Assembly (NCBI GenBank): GCA_964270895.1
Contig: OZ185437.1
Strand: one strand, 5' to 3'
Source: Podarcis filfolensis
Taxonomy: Eukaryota
Length of the DNA: 64,000 bases
The notes beneath the pieces were generated by a model. It did no database searches, was not told the origin of the DNA, and saw nothing but the letters and a program-made list of their open reading frames with translations. The position numbers were made by a program, and so were the translations under genes. Numbering within the stretch: the stretch's first letter is position 1; the number at the start of each line of letters is the position of its first letter. Below are positions 14,801 through 27,109 of the stretch, one piece after another.

Positions 14801-17800
14801 CTGAGTGGTTAAATGAAGATATAGTTAAAAGCAAGCTAGTTTTTTCTGCTTTTTTATCCTAGCTGCAAAAACTCTTGGAAAGTCTAGAAATACATATGAT
14901 CCGTGATGTACAAAAAAAAGTTAACAAGGAAATAACGCTGGTTATATCTGAAAAAACAAGAGAAGAAAGAAACCTCTCTACAGGTAACAACTGAACCCAT
15001 CTTTCATCTAGCTTCTACTCTGTTCTGTTTTGACAGGGGGGAAGTGAGAAACAACACCCAGTAGTTGCTTGTGTACATACCACAGTCACTATGTCAGCAC
15101 CACCCTGAATTTCTCCATATATCATCTGTCTTTGGTGGTTAGCCATGACCCACATAATACTTTCTTCAAAGCACTGCAACTAAGGAGTCATGGAGAAAGT
15201 TGCCACACTAAAAAACACTAAAGCTGGTCACTTGGAGATGCTTTCTTCAAACAGCAAGTGTAAAGAGGCCTCTGCATATATTCAGCAGCCCACATTTGTG
15301 TTGTGTTAAGCCAGAGGTAACCAACACTGTGTCCTCCAGACATTGTTTCATGTCCTTCTCATTCCACTTTTATCAGCATGTGGGATACATCACTCTTGCT
15401 GCACCTGCAGGTTTTCTTTTTCCCTACAGAACAGTGGGACTTGTGCTCTGTCAAAGAGCATGACGTACGTCTATAATAATGATAATGATTATGGTAACAT
15501 CATTAGTCACATTCAGGCACCCTTTGTCTGCCTGCAATTATGATCTTCTGTGCTCCTGCACATTTGGGGTTTTTTATATTAAAAAAAAAAGTAGCAGAGT
15601 AGGACTTGTGCGCCATCAAAAAGCCTGTCACATCATAAGATACCCAGTGTTAGTCATATTCAAAGTAGACTGAGGCTTCCATGTTTTATTACTCTGAAGA
15701 TTGAAGAAAAAGACCCCCCCCCCAAACAAAAACTTGTTCTTTCAGAGCTCTGGAAACATCATGGCATGCAAGAAATCTTCTCTGTCACAAGGCCAGAAAT
15801 TGTTGAATCATTTGTACAGAAGCTAATGGAAAATCACCAAGAAACTGATGCAGAGGTACATAAATTTTTTCTTTTCCAGTGATTGAAATCTAGTGGGGCA
15901 AAATAACTGCATAACTTAGGTTTTTCTTGCTGAAATATGTGCTGTGCTACAGGCATTTTCTGCTAGAGATAACTACTGTCAGTCATATCTAAGTCATACT
16001 GAGAGGAGACCCATTGAAATCAGTGGACTTAAGTTAGTTGTCACTATGATTTAGTCAGATACCATCCAATGAGTCTGTTCAAGCATGTTCTCCAATTTTC
16101 ATATTCCAAATTATTTTGCTGGACCCAGGGCACACACTTTTCCTGGAAATGCTGTTTTTACATCCTCCATGGGCACAAGCTGTGTTTATCCCATGGTTAA
16201 GGGGAAAGTTCTCTTGCATATTTTTTAATTTAAATATTTCACCATCTAGCCCAAGAAGAGCTGGGTCCTGCCTGGCAGAAATTAGACATTTTAGAGCTGG
16301 GTCCTGCCTGGCAGAAATTATTAAACCTGGCTACTGAATCAAATAAATTATCCATCTAGCCTAGGAGTAGCCAAAATGGCGTCCTCCAGTTGCTGTTCAA
16401 ATGCAGTTCCCATCAGGCCCTGTCAGCATGGCCACTAGCCAATGGTTAGGCATGATGGGAGTTGTGGTCCGGCAACATCTGGGGGCATTGCATTGGCTAC
16501 CCCTGATCTAGTTGATCCTGGTTGGTGGAAGGTACTAAGGATCATTTTGGAGGTTTAGGCTATCCTATGCATCATACCAGAAATCTTCAAGCAGAAATTC
16601 TGGTGACAGGACCTTGGATGTATGTGCTCTGGCACCAGTGAACAATGGAGGAACCACTGGAAGTGAATAGATTTATCTGTGTGACCATCAAAAAACCCTG
16701 ACATTTTCATTTTTTGTTTCCCCCCTCAGATAAGCTTTCCAAAAGACCACTTACAGAAATGCTTCACTGCTTTGGGTTGTGATGTCATGGCCAGAGAACG
16801 CAGCAACTTTGAGACCTACTCCATGTTTTATGAAAATATACTCCATCAGCAACATCAGCTCCTCTATCAAAAAGAACAAGTATTCTCATACTGTTGATTG
16901 TGGTGGAAGAGGGGTCATGTGCCGCATTGATTGCTCGGCCAGACAAGTAAAAAAAATAGTTGACAGAGGCTTTTGATGGAGAAACAAAATGAAAAATGCT
17001 TTTTCATTCTCTTTCAGGAAATGCATGTTGTAGAAGACAAGCGAGGAAATGCTGAGCTGGGTCTTAGTCAGGTTAGTGGAAGTAGTTTTATTGTTTTTAT
17101 TCAGGTAACCTCAGGAATATCTCTCAGGGCCTGGCATCTTAATCCCCCATTACTCATTTTTGAGAAAACGAGTTATAGCATAGCATTTTTCTCACCTTTT
17201 GCTAGGTAGCGGAGCTGAGTCATGAGATGATTATGGAAATGATGGCTCTGAGAGCTAGAATTGCTGATCTCCAAGGAGAAGCCCATGGCCTCAGAGATAA
17301 GATCAGAAAAGAAGTGCAAGAAGATTATGAAGCATTGGTGCAAAACATATTTATGATCTGTCTGCAACTAAAAGTAGGTACAAAAGTGAAACTTAATTGG
17401 CTACAGCCCATGACTTGGATTATATTGGAGATTACAAAGGCCATTTCCTTTGGATTCCTGTCCATAGATTTATATTCTAAGAAAGTTGTGTTTGTTATAG
17501 TGTCATGGTTTCTTGTTTTGGTTTGTAAGTCTATGGATATACAAAGCCAGGACTCCAGGCTATAGCCAGCCTCCTCTGCAACATCTGCCTGCTGGTTGTG
17601 TGAATGTGATACCTAGAAGCAGTAGCCTCATGACCTTTTCAGCATTTCTTTGGTGCAGGTTTATTTTGTGGAGTAACCTGTTAGTTATTGCAACATATCT
17701 GGATATTTTTTCTTGAATGGAGCACTTTCATTGCAGAAGAATCACCTTATTTCAGAAATAAATCATTTTGTTGCTGGAAAAATAATAATTATATTTTAAG

Positions 17801-20800
17801 GAAATCTTATGGAATTGCTTGCCTTCCTTTAAATTCGTGTACATTAAATGGCATGTGCAGTTTATGGCTTCTTGTTGTGGTTGCAGGGAAGGGTGGATGA
17901 ATATCGTCTAAGCATGAGCCAACGCATGTTTGAGATCATCAGTGAGGTGAGAAGAGAAGGAGTGGACAAAATTATTGACTTGAAGAAAAAGTACAGCTCC
18001 ACAAAAGATAACAAGACACTCAAAGAACATTTGGTTCAGGTAAGTTGATATGTGAGAAATGTGGTTTTAAAGAATGTTTTCTAGAAAAGGAGTTCATAGG
18101 CCCAATTAAAATGCCCAGTGCCAAAAGAACTTGGAAGAGCATGTTCTTGCTGTTGTGGAGACCCTCCTCCCATAGGAACCATTTGGGGCACAAAGGCCCC
18201 AGGGTCAGGCCCTCATCAGGTGATCTTTCTGAGCCTGAAACAAGGGCTGGCATCTGCAAGGAACAGAGTGAACACAGTAGAAGGATGTACCTCATTGGTG
18301 GAATGTTGTTCACCTACAGATATGCCCTACAGGCAAGCTGCCCGCTTTAATTGAACTGGAGTTTTTTTTATTTATTTCCATGGGCCTTTAAACATAAGGC
18401 TCATTATAAGAGATGGCTTTAATGGATTTTCTTGTGTTACGGTTTATTTATTTATTACATTTGTAACCTGCCCTTCCTCCCAGAGGAACTGAGGGTAGTT
18501 AGCTCACTCCTTTCGCTGCTACACTACAGCAGCTATCAGACAGGAAGTTCCTGGTTTGCATCTCGCCTCTGTCATGAACTTCAGGCCAGCTACTCTCTCT
18601 CTCTCACCCTCACTTCCTCTCCACCTGCAGCACTGGGAACAGTAACACTGACTCATTTAACATTTGCATAATCAGTTCAAGTGTTCATAGCACTTCACAT
18701 GTATTATATGCCTATTATCCTTATAGCGACTCTGTATTACTATAATGTTTATTATAATGAGCCTCGCTCAGCAAATCCAAAGTTGGGTGGAATGTAATTA
18801 AGCAGAGAAATAAATATGATTTGGCTTAAAACAAGTTGTTTCTTTCCTAGAAAGTTCTGAAGCTGAAATGCACCTGTGCTTAAAATGGGCATTCTTATGT
18901 TTTTGAAGTGTTCTGTTTTATGATTTTAATATTAAATGTAATCCCATTCCAGTTAGGGTAGGTTGTAAGTTTACATGTTGGTTCTTGCTCATCAAATAAT
19001 TCATATGGACTTTTAAGAGTTTTGCTTGTATGAGACCACACAGAGTAGCCAAGATGCTAACTGTTCAGATTATTGACTTTCTAAAAAAGCAGATGTTCTG
19101 GAAGATAAATATAGTACAAATGGAGAAGAAAGCTCATATATCAGATTTAACCCAGAACTGGAGAAATAAAACCCATTATAGATACTTTGTGTGCGTCATT
19201 GTGGGCACAGCTGTAATGCAAAAATAAAAATTTCAAAGCTTAGCTCCATGTGATATTAAGCCAAAGCCACTGGTTTGCATAACAGTCACAGAGTGAATAC
19301 TTTGATTTCAGATATGGGTGTGTTATCATGGATGCACACTTTAGTGACTTGAGTTTCTGCTGAGTGTCCACTTTTCTTTTTTCACAAGTACAGACTCTGA
19401 TGCTTATTCTTAAAAGTGCATAGTCAAGCAGCTGCTGGAGAGATGGTGAGTTTGTCAGAATCTTACCTTGACTAGAATTATCTGCCTTCTTAGCAGGGGC
19501 ACCTGCAAGCATTACAGGATGAAAACAACCAGTTGAGAGTTCTGCTATGCAAGCTGAAGGCTATGAGCTGCTGGAAAGAAACAGTGCAAAAAGCACACTC
19601 ATCTGCCACATTGAGAGAAATGGAGAAGGTGAGAGCCCCCCCACCAAGCCTGTTGAAATAAAGTCATTCTACATAATTGAAATAAAGAGAATAATTTGTT
19701 CTTCAGTGAAAAGGGCCATTGGCTTCAGCCACGTATACTTGGTAATACCAGTGAGTGACTGCATGAAGAGCGAGATGCATCCTTTTCCTTAGAACAGTCT
19801 ATTTAATTCTTAACCAATGAAAAAACTGAACTGCATATTAGGGCCAGTTCAAGCAGACACTAATCAGTGAGCCATCAGGACTGCATGCACACCTTACAAC
19901 ACTGGGTATGATATCTAGGGGCAGAGGAACCTGCCAATTTTTGTTTCTCTCCATTTCTTGTCACTCCCCCCCCATCTTTTTAAGTTCAGTTCTCCACATT
20001 TCAGATCAGTTTGCAACTTTCTTTTTTAAAAATATATTCATGAAAATTCACATTCTTGTGTGAATTTACCCTAACATACACACTTTTGCAAACCATTATT
20101 TCTAATGGAACACATTTTTGTACTTTGTTTTCACGAATGCATTTCATGTACACCCAATATACCCATTTTTGAACGTATTTGTTTGGTTGGAGAATTCAGA
20201 GAAATGCAAATTTGAAACAATGGCTGTGTTTGGGTTCCACATATGTTTGTCAGTTATGTATGGAGGTATGATGAATGTGTGAAGAAGAACTCAGAAAGTC
20301 CGCCTGCTTTTCTCTGCCAGTTTAACTGTAATAAAATAGTTACGAGATCAGCAGCTCTGGCTTTCATTCTTCTCCTTTGATGCGTGATGTGCTCACATGA
20401 TTGTGCTCACTTCACAGATCTTGATTTATCATACCACTGCAAAAGTTTCCAAAAATAACCATGCCATCTGGTGTTGAGCCTGATTGTAGCCACATAATGC
20501 AAAATCAGAAGCTTGACAAGATGCTTTAGTTGTAAGATGCCACTTCAATGCATGTCTGTGAAATACCTCTTGCCACCTACAAATGACTGTATGCATTAAC
20601 CCTTTCCCACAAAGAATGTGGTGGGGATTACTTACGCTAACCTGGCACTGTATATGGTTATTTTACAATACCCATCAGAAAGATTGCGACTGCTCAAACA
20701 AATTTTATTGTATTGCAAAAACACCATGAAATTAAAAGAAGTAGGGTTTCTTTTTCTACATGTTAAAGGGCACAAGCTCAAATACTTAAATATTTTGCAT

Positions 20801-23800
20801 AACACTTCTTCCTAAGTAACCCAGTGTAGGGTGTTTGTTTGTTTGTTTGTTTGGGGGGGAGGGTTTGTTGCTTGATTCTCTGCTTCACATCCTACTGAAC
20901 CCTTTGCATTCACAGGAGGCCATTCAAAACAAAAAAGAGTATCTGAAATGCAAGCTGATGGCAGAACAAGAAGTGATTATATTTCAGCAGCAGCTGCGGG
21001 CTGCAAGGAAAGCTTTGGCAGAGTCTCAGACTGAGAATAAAAGGCTGAAGCAACAGCTAGACAAACAGGTATGTAACCAAACTCTGCTGCAATACTGTCT
21101 ATACAGCAAATCAAATTACTTTCACTCGCATTGACTTCACTGCTGAAGCTATGAGATGGGCAATGAGAGATAGTCTTGGGGTGTAATGTTCTGCACTCCC
21201 TCCATGGAAGACTTTAGGTGTATATAGGTGTAAAAGAAACCATATATCTTAAAATGCTACTGCCTTCACTGTGTCTGACCCCCAATGGAATCATGATCCT
21301 GGGTGAGCGCCTGGAATCTTGCTACTGCTTGGCAGAGAGTGGGGGAGGCACTGAACCTTTGTAATATTACTTATGCAGGAGGTGAAATGTGTACTATGTG
21401 ATGTGTCTGCCCACACCAATTTAAGATTCCAGAGATGGGTGTAATTTAGAAATTAAAACCCTATAAGTGAATAGCAGTGGCTTAGAGAGGATTTGCATAG
21501 CAGCTCCTTGTAGCTCCTTGTGAAGTTGGGGAACCATCTTACATACTGAGAATCAGAATACTTGCCAAATGTGTTGTTTCTTGAATCATTACTGCTGACA
21601 GCAAAGACAGAATGAATATATTACATTTTGCCTCTTCTCAGCAAAACTGTTCAAGATCATTATTCAACTGAAAATGAAAATACAAGGATCTGAAATGTGA
21701 AGATGCAAAATGTCTCCGCATACTTCTACCCCTCAATACAGTTAACACAAGTTTTATAGTGATTAATATCTAACAGTGAAGGAGAGAGGGTTTTTTGATG
21801 GCAAAACCCTCACTTTGACCCTTCCAAAAGAAGTCAGATTGGTGCAAGTGTTAATGTGTCTGTATTTGCCCAGGCATTTAAATTTTGTTGTATTGGCTTA
21901 GCTTATTACAACATCCCAACTGCTCAACAGTGAATCTTCCAAAGCAATTTACAACACACATTAAACAATGTCATCATAACACACATAGTAGTTCTTATTC
22001 TGCAGAATTTCTGGTTTAAATCTTTCCTCCATTGGACACTGTTTTAAACCAGAAATTCTGCAGAATAAGAACAACTTCACTGCCAATAAATATTATTTGA
22101 AATAAAATGGTCTTCACCTGCCTTCTAAATGCCAAGAATGATATCCAAATACTGTAAGTCATACTTGAAATAGACCTACTGAAATCAATGGGTCTACTCT
22201 GAGTATGATAGCATTGGATATCACCCATGTTCTCTCCTCCTGTGTTTTACAAATCTCTTTGGTGTTTTATGCAAAGGGACACTTGCTACAGGAAGTAGAA
22301 CACAGGATGAACCAAGAAGTTCACAGAAAGCAGCAACTAGATCTAATTAAGACAGCAAACTTGGAAAAAATGCTGGAAAGCCTTGGAGAGAGAGAACTGA
22401 GATTGCAGTGTCTAACAGAAGAAACTGAAAGATCATCCAAGATAAGGCAGCTTCAGGGGGAAAAGGTTAAAAAAGAAATCCAACAGGTAAGTTTATAAAT
22501 ACATACTTTCAGTAGCTCATGTGCCTGTGGTTATATGTTCCAAGATGGGGGCTTAATATTGCAAACAGGTCATTGACAGTGGGCGATTTTTATACTTATC
22601 CACACCAAACCATCCCGCCCCCATTCCAAAAGGGTAAATCAAGGTTTAATGGTGGAAAAATGCAGACAGGCAACTAGACACCAATGATGTTGTGCAGACT
22701 GGGTGAAAAACCTGTATGCATGATCAGCGCTCATCCCACAATTAATACCCAAAGTTTCATAAATATTGCTTAACCAAGCAGCATCTGATATAATAATGCA
22801 GGTTCATTCAAAGTTTGCAACTTCCAATTCCTTCCTTCTCTTATGTATTTCATTTTCATAAATGGACAACAAAGACAGATTTGGAACTGTAATGTTCACT
22901 TAGAAAAATTTAGTATCTTTTTAGGTAAGAAGTCAGCTGTCCCAGGAACGCAGTTTAAAACTGGATGCTTTCCAGAGGATAAAAGAGCTGCAGCACCAGC
23001 TGTATGACTCAGAAGTTGCAACATCCCAGAGAAATTCTTCTGCAGGTATGGATGAATGTAGGTTGAATGATAGCTGGTTGCAAGAATATTGGTGTTCAAT
23101 AGATTGTTTATTTCATGCCCTGCTGTATTTTGAAAATGTATTATACTTTACTTTGGTTGTTAAACAGTTAACAGTAAATGTGCTGGTTAATAGGTTATTA
23201 AAAGATGCAGACCTTGGACTTAGTTAGGTCACCATGCCCTCTCATATACCAGGAATAGATCAGCACAGACAGAGACTTCTGAGTACAGACTCTGTTAGCA
23301 TCCCAGGCTGTGGCGGGGGAAGCAGGTGCCTACACTAAGTCGTTGCCAGATTTGCATGAGAAGAAATACATGTGCCCAGCGTGGCCTTGTAACTCCTATA
23401 AAGCCTCTCCTGGGGGGCAGGAAAGGCCTGGGAAGTGCAGTGGGAGTTGGAAACAGCCCAAACTCAGGCTGAGGCAGCTTGTGCAGGGAGATTTCTCAGG
23501 GTGCGTGTCCACCTGGGTGACCAATGAAGCTCCGTAAAGCCCAGTATTGTCTACTTTGTCTTACAGCAGCTCTCCACAATCTTAGGCAGAGGGCCCTTCA
23601 TATTACCTGGCTGCTTCTTTTAAAGGAAGACCTAACAGGGGATCTTCTGCGTGCAGCTCATGCCCCCTCCCATCAGTAAATTAGGGAGTGCACTTTCACT
23701 TGTGCAAGTCTGGATACAACCCAATGAGGGCAGAGGTCCTAGATCCTGTCTCACACTTCAGCTAACAGCCGCTTTGAGCTAGGAGTTTCTCATTAAGCTA

Positions 23801-26800
23801 AGCTGCTTAGTGTTAGTGTCAAGCCTGTATGGGAGGCAGCAGTACCAAGTTATTTGGCAGGTTGTAGCAATGAAGCAGCTACTTGTTGTCCTGTCAGTAT
23901 ATTATTGCAAGATTGCAATAAATGTGGATGGTGGTATGAGCACGTAAGGATGGGATAAATTAATTTCTCAGCCAGTTTGACTATTCACTTAACCACCCCA
24001 GCTGTCATATTTCATTGTGTTTGATAACTGAGCCAAAGCTCCAAGTAGATCCAATTTGTTAATCTATTTAAAAGATGCTAAACTGAATTTGAAAGCTGAT
24101 CAGATTACTGCTCTCCACCTCTAAACCTTAAGCAATAGCATTAAATGAATACTTTTTGAACAGGCACGCAACTGAGACAAAGTGTATTGCTAATGTGATA
24201 CAATAGTAGTGACTGACCATTGTTTCATGTGAAAGTCTTGTTGCATTGTAGAGAGTAGCAGTTTAAGGTGCTATCTTTCCAAAGAAATGTCCATTTTGCT
24301 AAATCAATCCAGGAAGCAAACTGTTTACATGATTGTATATTGCACAGTATTGATTTCTGGAACAAATGTATGCCTACAACTCACGGCATTGCCATCTTAA
24401 TTTGCAAAGATTGTAGAAATGAACTATAATTATTTTCCTACTGGTGAACCCTCTATTGTACAATTAGTTCACTTACACTAGTTAATGTTCAAATCCCTTT
24501 TGCCTGACATAGACAATTCAGTTATCAGCACACTTGGCTGCTGAAGTGGATGCAAAAAATTCGTATTAGTTTACTCTTACCTTTCAAAATAGTACAATTA
24601 AAGGTAACACCTGTATCTCCTAACATTTTAGTGCAAGGGTATGCAAGGGATACACAGCACAAATCTTGGCAATTTAAACAGCACTAGATTCAGTCAGTGC
24701 TGGGATCACAAACGTGTCTTGCTACTCTGTACAGCCCAATACATTTACCAGAAGATAAGTGCATTGTGACTCAGAAAGCAAGGACATTTGGCCATGTCTT
24801 CTACCTTTAATTGTTTCAAAGGTGTCTTATCTTACTATATAATAAAATTGTGGAGTGTTGCCACTGTTTCAGAGACCGCAGAGAATGTGGTCTGACCCCC
24901 AAATGATGCTTCAGCATGACTGTATTGGCTTGGAAGTGGGGGGGGGCTGGTGGTCGTAGTGGTGGGCCACCATGGGCATAGAAAAGGCAGGAAAACTGGC
25001 TGTATAGCCTTAGCTTTCACCTCATAGTGGTGTTGGTGCTTGTCTTGAGATGCCATACTATATACATAAAGACATAAAGTAGGTAGCCCAAGCCAACTGT
25101 TTAATGGAGGGAAGTGCTTCAGAAAACTGCTCTCTGAAGTGTCTCCCCACCCCGTTTAAATGGTGATAGGGCTTGGATCAAGCTGTGAGAGGACAGGCAA
25201 AGGTGTAAAGGGAAGAGGGTTGCCAAGTGGAGCTGGCAAGGGTAGTTTAAATGAACTTGTACATGTTTCATTTTGGGCAAAGGAAAGCAACAGACATTAT
25301 AAAAATACTCCAACAGATGTCATTAACTTTTAAAACTTTGTGCTTTGTATGGATTCTTCTCACAGATTATCTAACTCATGTCCTTGGCTTTCACAGCTGT
25401 AAGAAGAAAGTCTGCTAATACTTCACACAGTGCCAGCAATATAAATCGCTCACTTTCAGGTAAAAAGGAATCGTACTATTAGCATCAACTGTTTCACGAT
25501 GCTTTCTTCTACTTCTTTCTGTAAATTTCATCCAAAGTTCCCAGGGCAGTTCACAACATAATAATGCAAACAAAAAAACTCCCCCCAACATTATTTCTTA
25601 GAAAGCCTCTCTCTCGACTCACCTTAAGTCCACATTTCCTTAAGCTAGTCCTTTTCAGTGTCAACCTAGACATAAAGTTAACGATGTAAGATGTGTACTT
25701 TTCTGGTTTCGAAATAGCAGCCATGAGTCTCTGGACCCATGCAGGGTGGTGAGGGAGAGTTTGACGCCCTCTTCCACTGTGGAAGTCCTGCGACATGAGT
25801 TGTTTCTCAGAAGTCTTTGCATTTAAAGGGAGACATCCATTCGGGACAAATGGAAGAAATCCTTGAAATGCAAATAGCAGCTTCAGAGTCTTTGGGGTGG
25901 TGTGCACAGTGGTTGAGAGAAAACATTCCATTTCCCATTGCTCTGATCCTGAGGCTCATCAAGATTCCATGTAGCAGCTTTTCACAAAAGAAATGAGCTC
26001 CCATTGCCCCAAGATAGTATACCATGTCCTAATTTGAAAACGGTTTATTTAAAAATTGATACACATAAGCCTATTGCTAATAAACACTATTACTAGATAA
26101 ACCGCGATTGTTATCAGACCATTTATTGGGATCGCATCAAAGATCATTCACATTTTAACTGTTAACCATTGACTGTGAGAATATTGTAGAAAAATGGAAA
26201 TCTCTCCTTTACAAAACAATAGTGTCAACAGCATGTATTACCAAGGAATACAGAGTCAGCAGTGTTTGCACACAAAAGCATGCTCTAGAACAAAGTTCTA
26301 CAAAGGCAGCACTTAAATGACATTATTTAACATTATGTTCCAGGCTCTGCTTCATGGAGCCAGAATACAGGCATTTCAACATTCATGTTAACCAAGGACT
26401 TCAGGCATCAGCTTTTGGTTGCTGACTCTGTGGGTAGAAGCAATATAAAACCAGAAAAGATTCAGAGGCCCAAAACGGTGAGTAGTGAAGTCTTTGGGGA
26501 GCAATGTTAGTATGAATCTCTAATGCAAGACAGTGACAATTGGGTTGCAGACATGTTAAGCAAGCTATACTGAGGACTTGCTTTATAAAATAGTGATATT
26601 AGATTAACTCTTCATTCATGCTTCTCAGGGAATTCCTCCTGTACAATAAACTTTTGGCCCACAGCAGTTAAGAGAAGCCATCTACCCCCCAAAAATGAAT
26701 GAAATTTTGACTATTCAAGGTGAAACAGAAGAGAATTACAACAGTTTTTATTTATATTTAAAGGTACCTTGTGGGTGGAGAAATAGCGTGATAGATGTTC

Positions 26801-26874
26801 TCTTGCCAGCTCTTACAGAAAACTCTTCTATGTCACCTGTACAGTTTTGTGGACAGAAGACATCTGAAAAATAA
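394..26874 (+). CDS. CCDC162: Coiled-coil domain-containing protein 162, 3' portion (5' end lies outside the window)
   Basis: Phase-consistent GT-AG exon chain: 394-542, 1270-1381, 2070-2119, 2794-2970, 3776-3893, 5503-5668, 6881-7019, 8598-8751, 10208-10303, 10538-10681, 11951-12162, 13383-13521, 14863-14983, 15746-15855, 16730-16879, 17018-17071, 17206-17373, 17887-18039, 19497-19628, 20916-21068, 22277-22486, 22925-23045, 25397-25459, 26344-26477, 26764-26874 (3336 nt, 1111 aa plus TAA). Peptides such as RPRGLLSTDGRSFLNLWFIPH, LFPWRTFL, LCLCGLNDEDRKVVHGEL and QERSLKLDAFQR resemble mouse Ccdc162 as I recall it. The tail-to-tail position next to CD164 matches the human CCDC162P-CD164 order. 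The 542-1270 junction and the 25397 exon are the least certain. Confidence 0.85.
1480..1960 (+). mobile_element. Degenerate CR1 LINE ORF2 fragment
   Basis: Broken frames read WELFKNT..ILEAQMEC, KEFEDHIAKYIKANNKLFKYI, LDDKGVKDVLKKD and EQLPYEERLQH, which I recognise as CR1 ORF2; stops and an internal deletion are present. Confidence 0.7.
3131..3260 (-). mobile_element. MIR/Ther1-related tRNA SINE (Squam3-like)
   Basis: acaacaaccctgtg...gacaggcccaagg...agcttcatggc...ctaatcactacacc is the reverse of a tRNA-headed MIR-type SINE. Confidence 0.65.
5200..5359. mobile_element. hAT-type MITE, 160 bp
   Basis: TIRs CAGGCCCATGCAG / CTGTGTGGGCCTG (11 of 13 match) and a perfect 8-bp TSD cactgatc (5192-5199, 5360-5367). 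Confidence 0.8.
5828..5872. repeat. Compound (TG)n-(AC)15 microsatellite
   Basis: Read directly from the sequence. Confidence 0.95.
9694..9919. mobile_element. Tc1/mariner (Tigger-like) MITE
   Basis: TIRs CAGTGGTACCTCAGGTTA / TAACCAGAGGTACCACT and internal repeats of cctcaggtta. Confidence 0.75.
16257..16320. repeat. 28-bp exact direct duplication with 8-bp spacer
   Basis: agagctgggtcctgcctggcagaaatta at 16257-16284 and 16293-16320. Confidence 0.9.
16361..16506. mobile_element. Old hAT-derived MITE (abundant squamate family)
   Basis: Core cccatcag...cagcatggcc...aatggttaggcatgatgggagttgt...aacatctgg, shared with the copies at 46733 and 50637. Confidence 0.55.
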
Positions 26875-27109
26875 GCTTCTACTGCTTCTTTGAAGAGTTA
26901 CTTGCTGGTTTGATTCCACGATAAATTACAAAGCAGTCTTGCTTGAGAACTCTGGTCATGCTCAGAAATGGGATGTTTTAATTTGCTTATAGTTATCCAT
27001 AACTTTTAATAAGCCACTTTCCCACCAGATTCTCTAGTGCCAAAAATCTGACTTGAGGTTATTAACTGGATGAAGCTAGCAGCAGATTCAAGACAGGCAA
27101 CTGAAAGCC

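Noticed and set aside
16257-16320. CRISPR-like repeat-spacer-repeat
   Set aside because: Only two units with an 8-bp spacer, in a vertebrate intron, with no cas genes.
26629-26649. Alternative CCDC162 terminal exon (GIPPVQ*)
   Set aside because: The exon at 26764 resembles the recalled mouse C-terminus better; this could still be a minor isoform.
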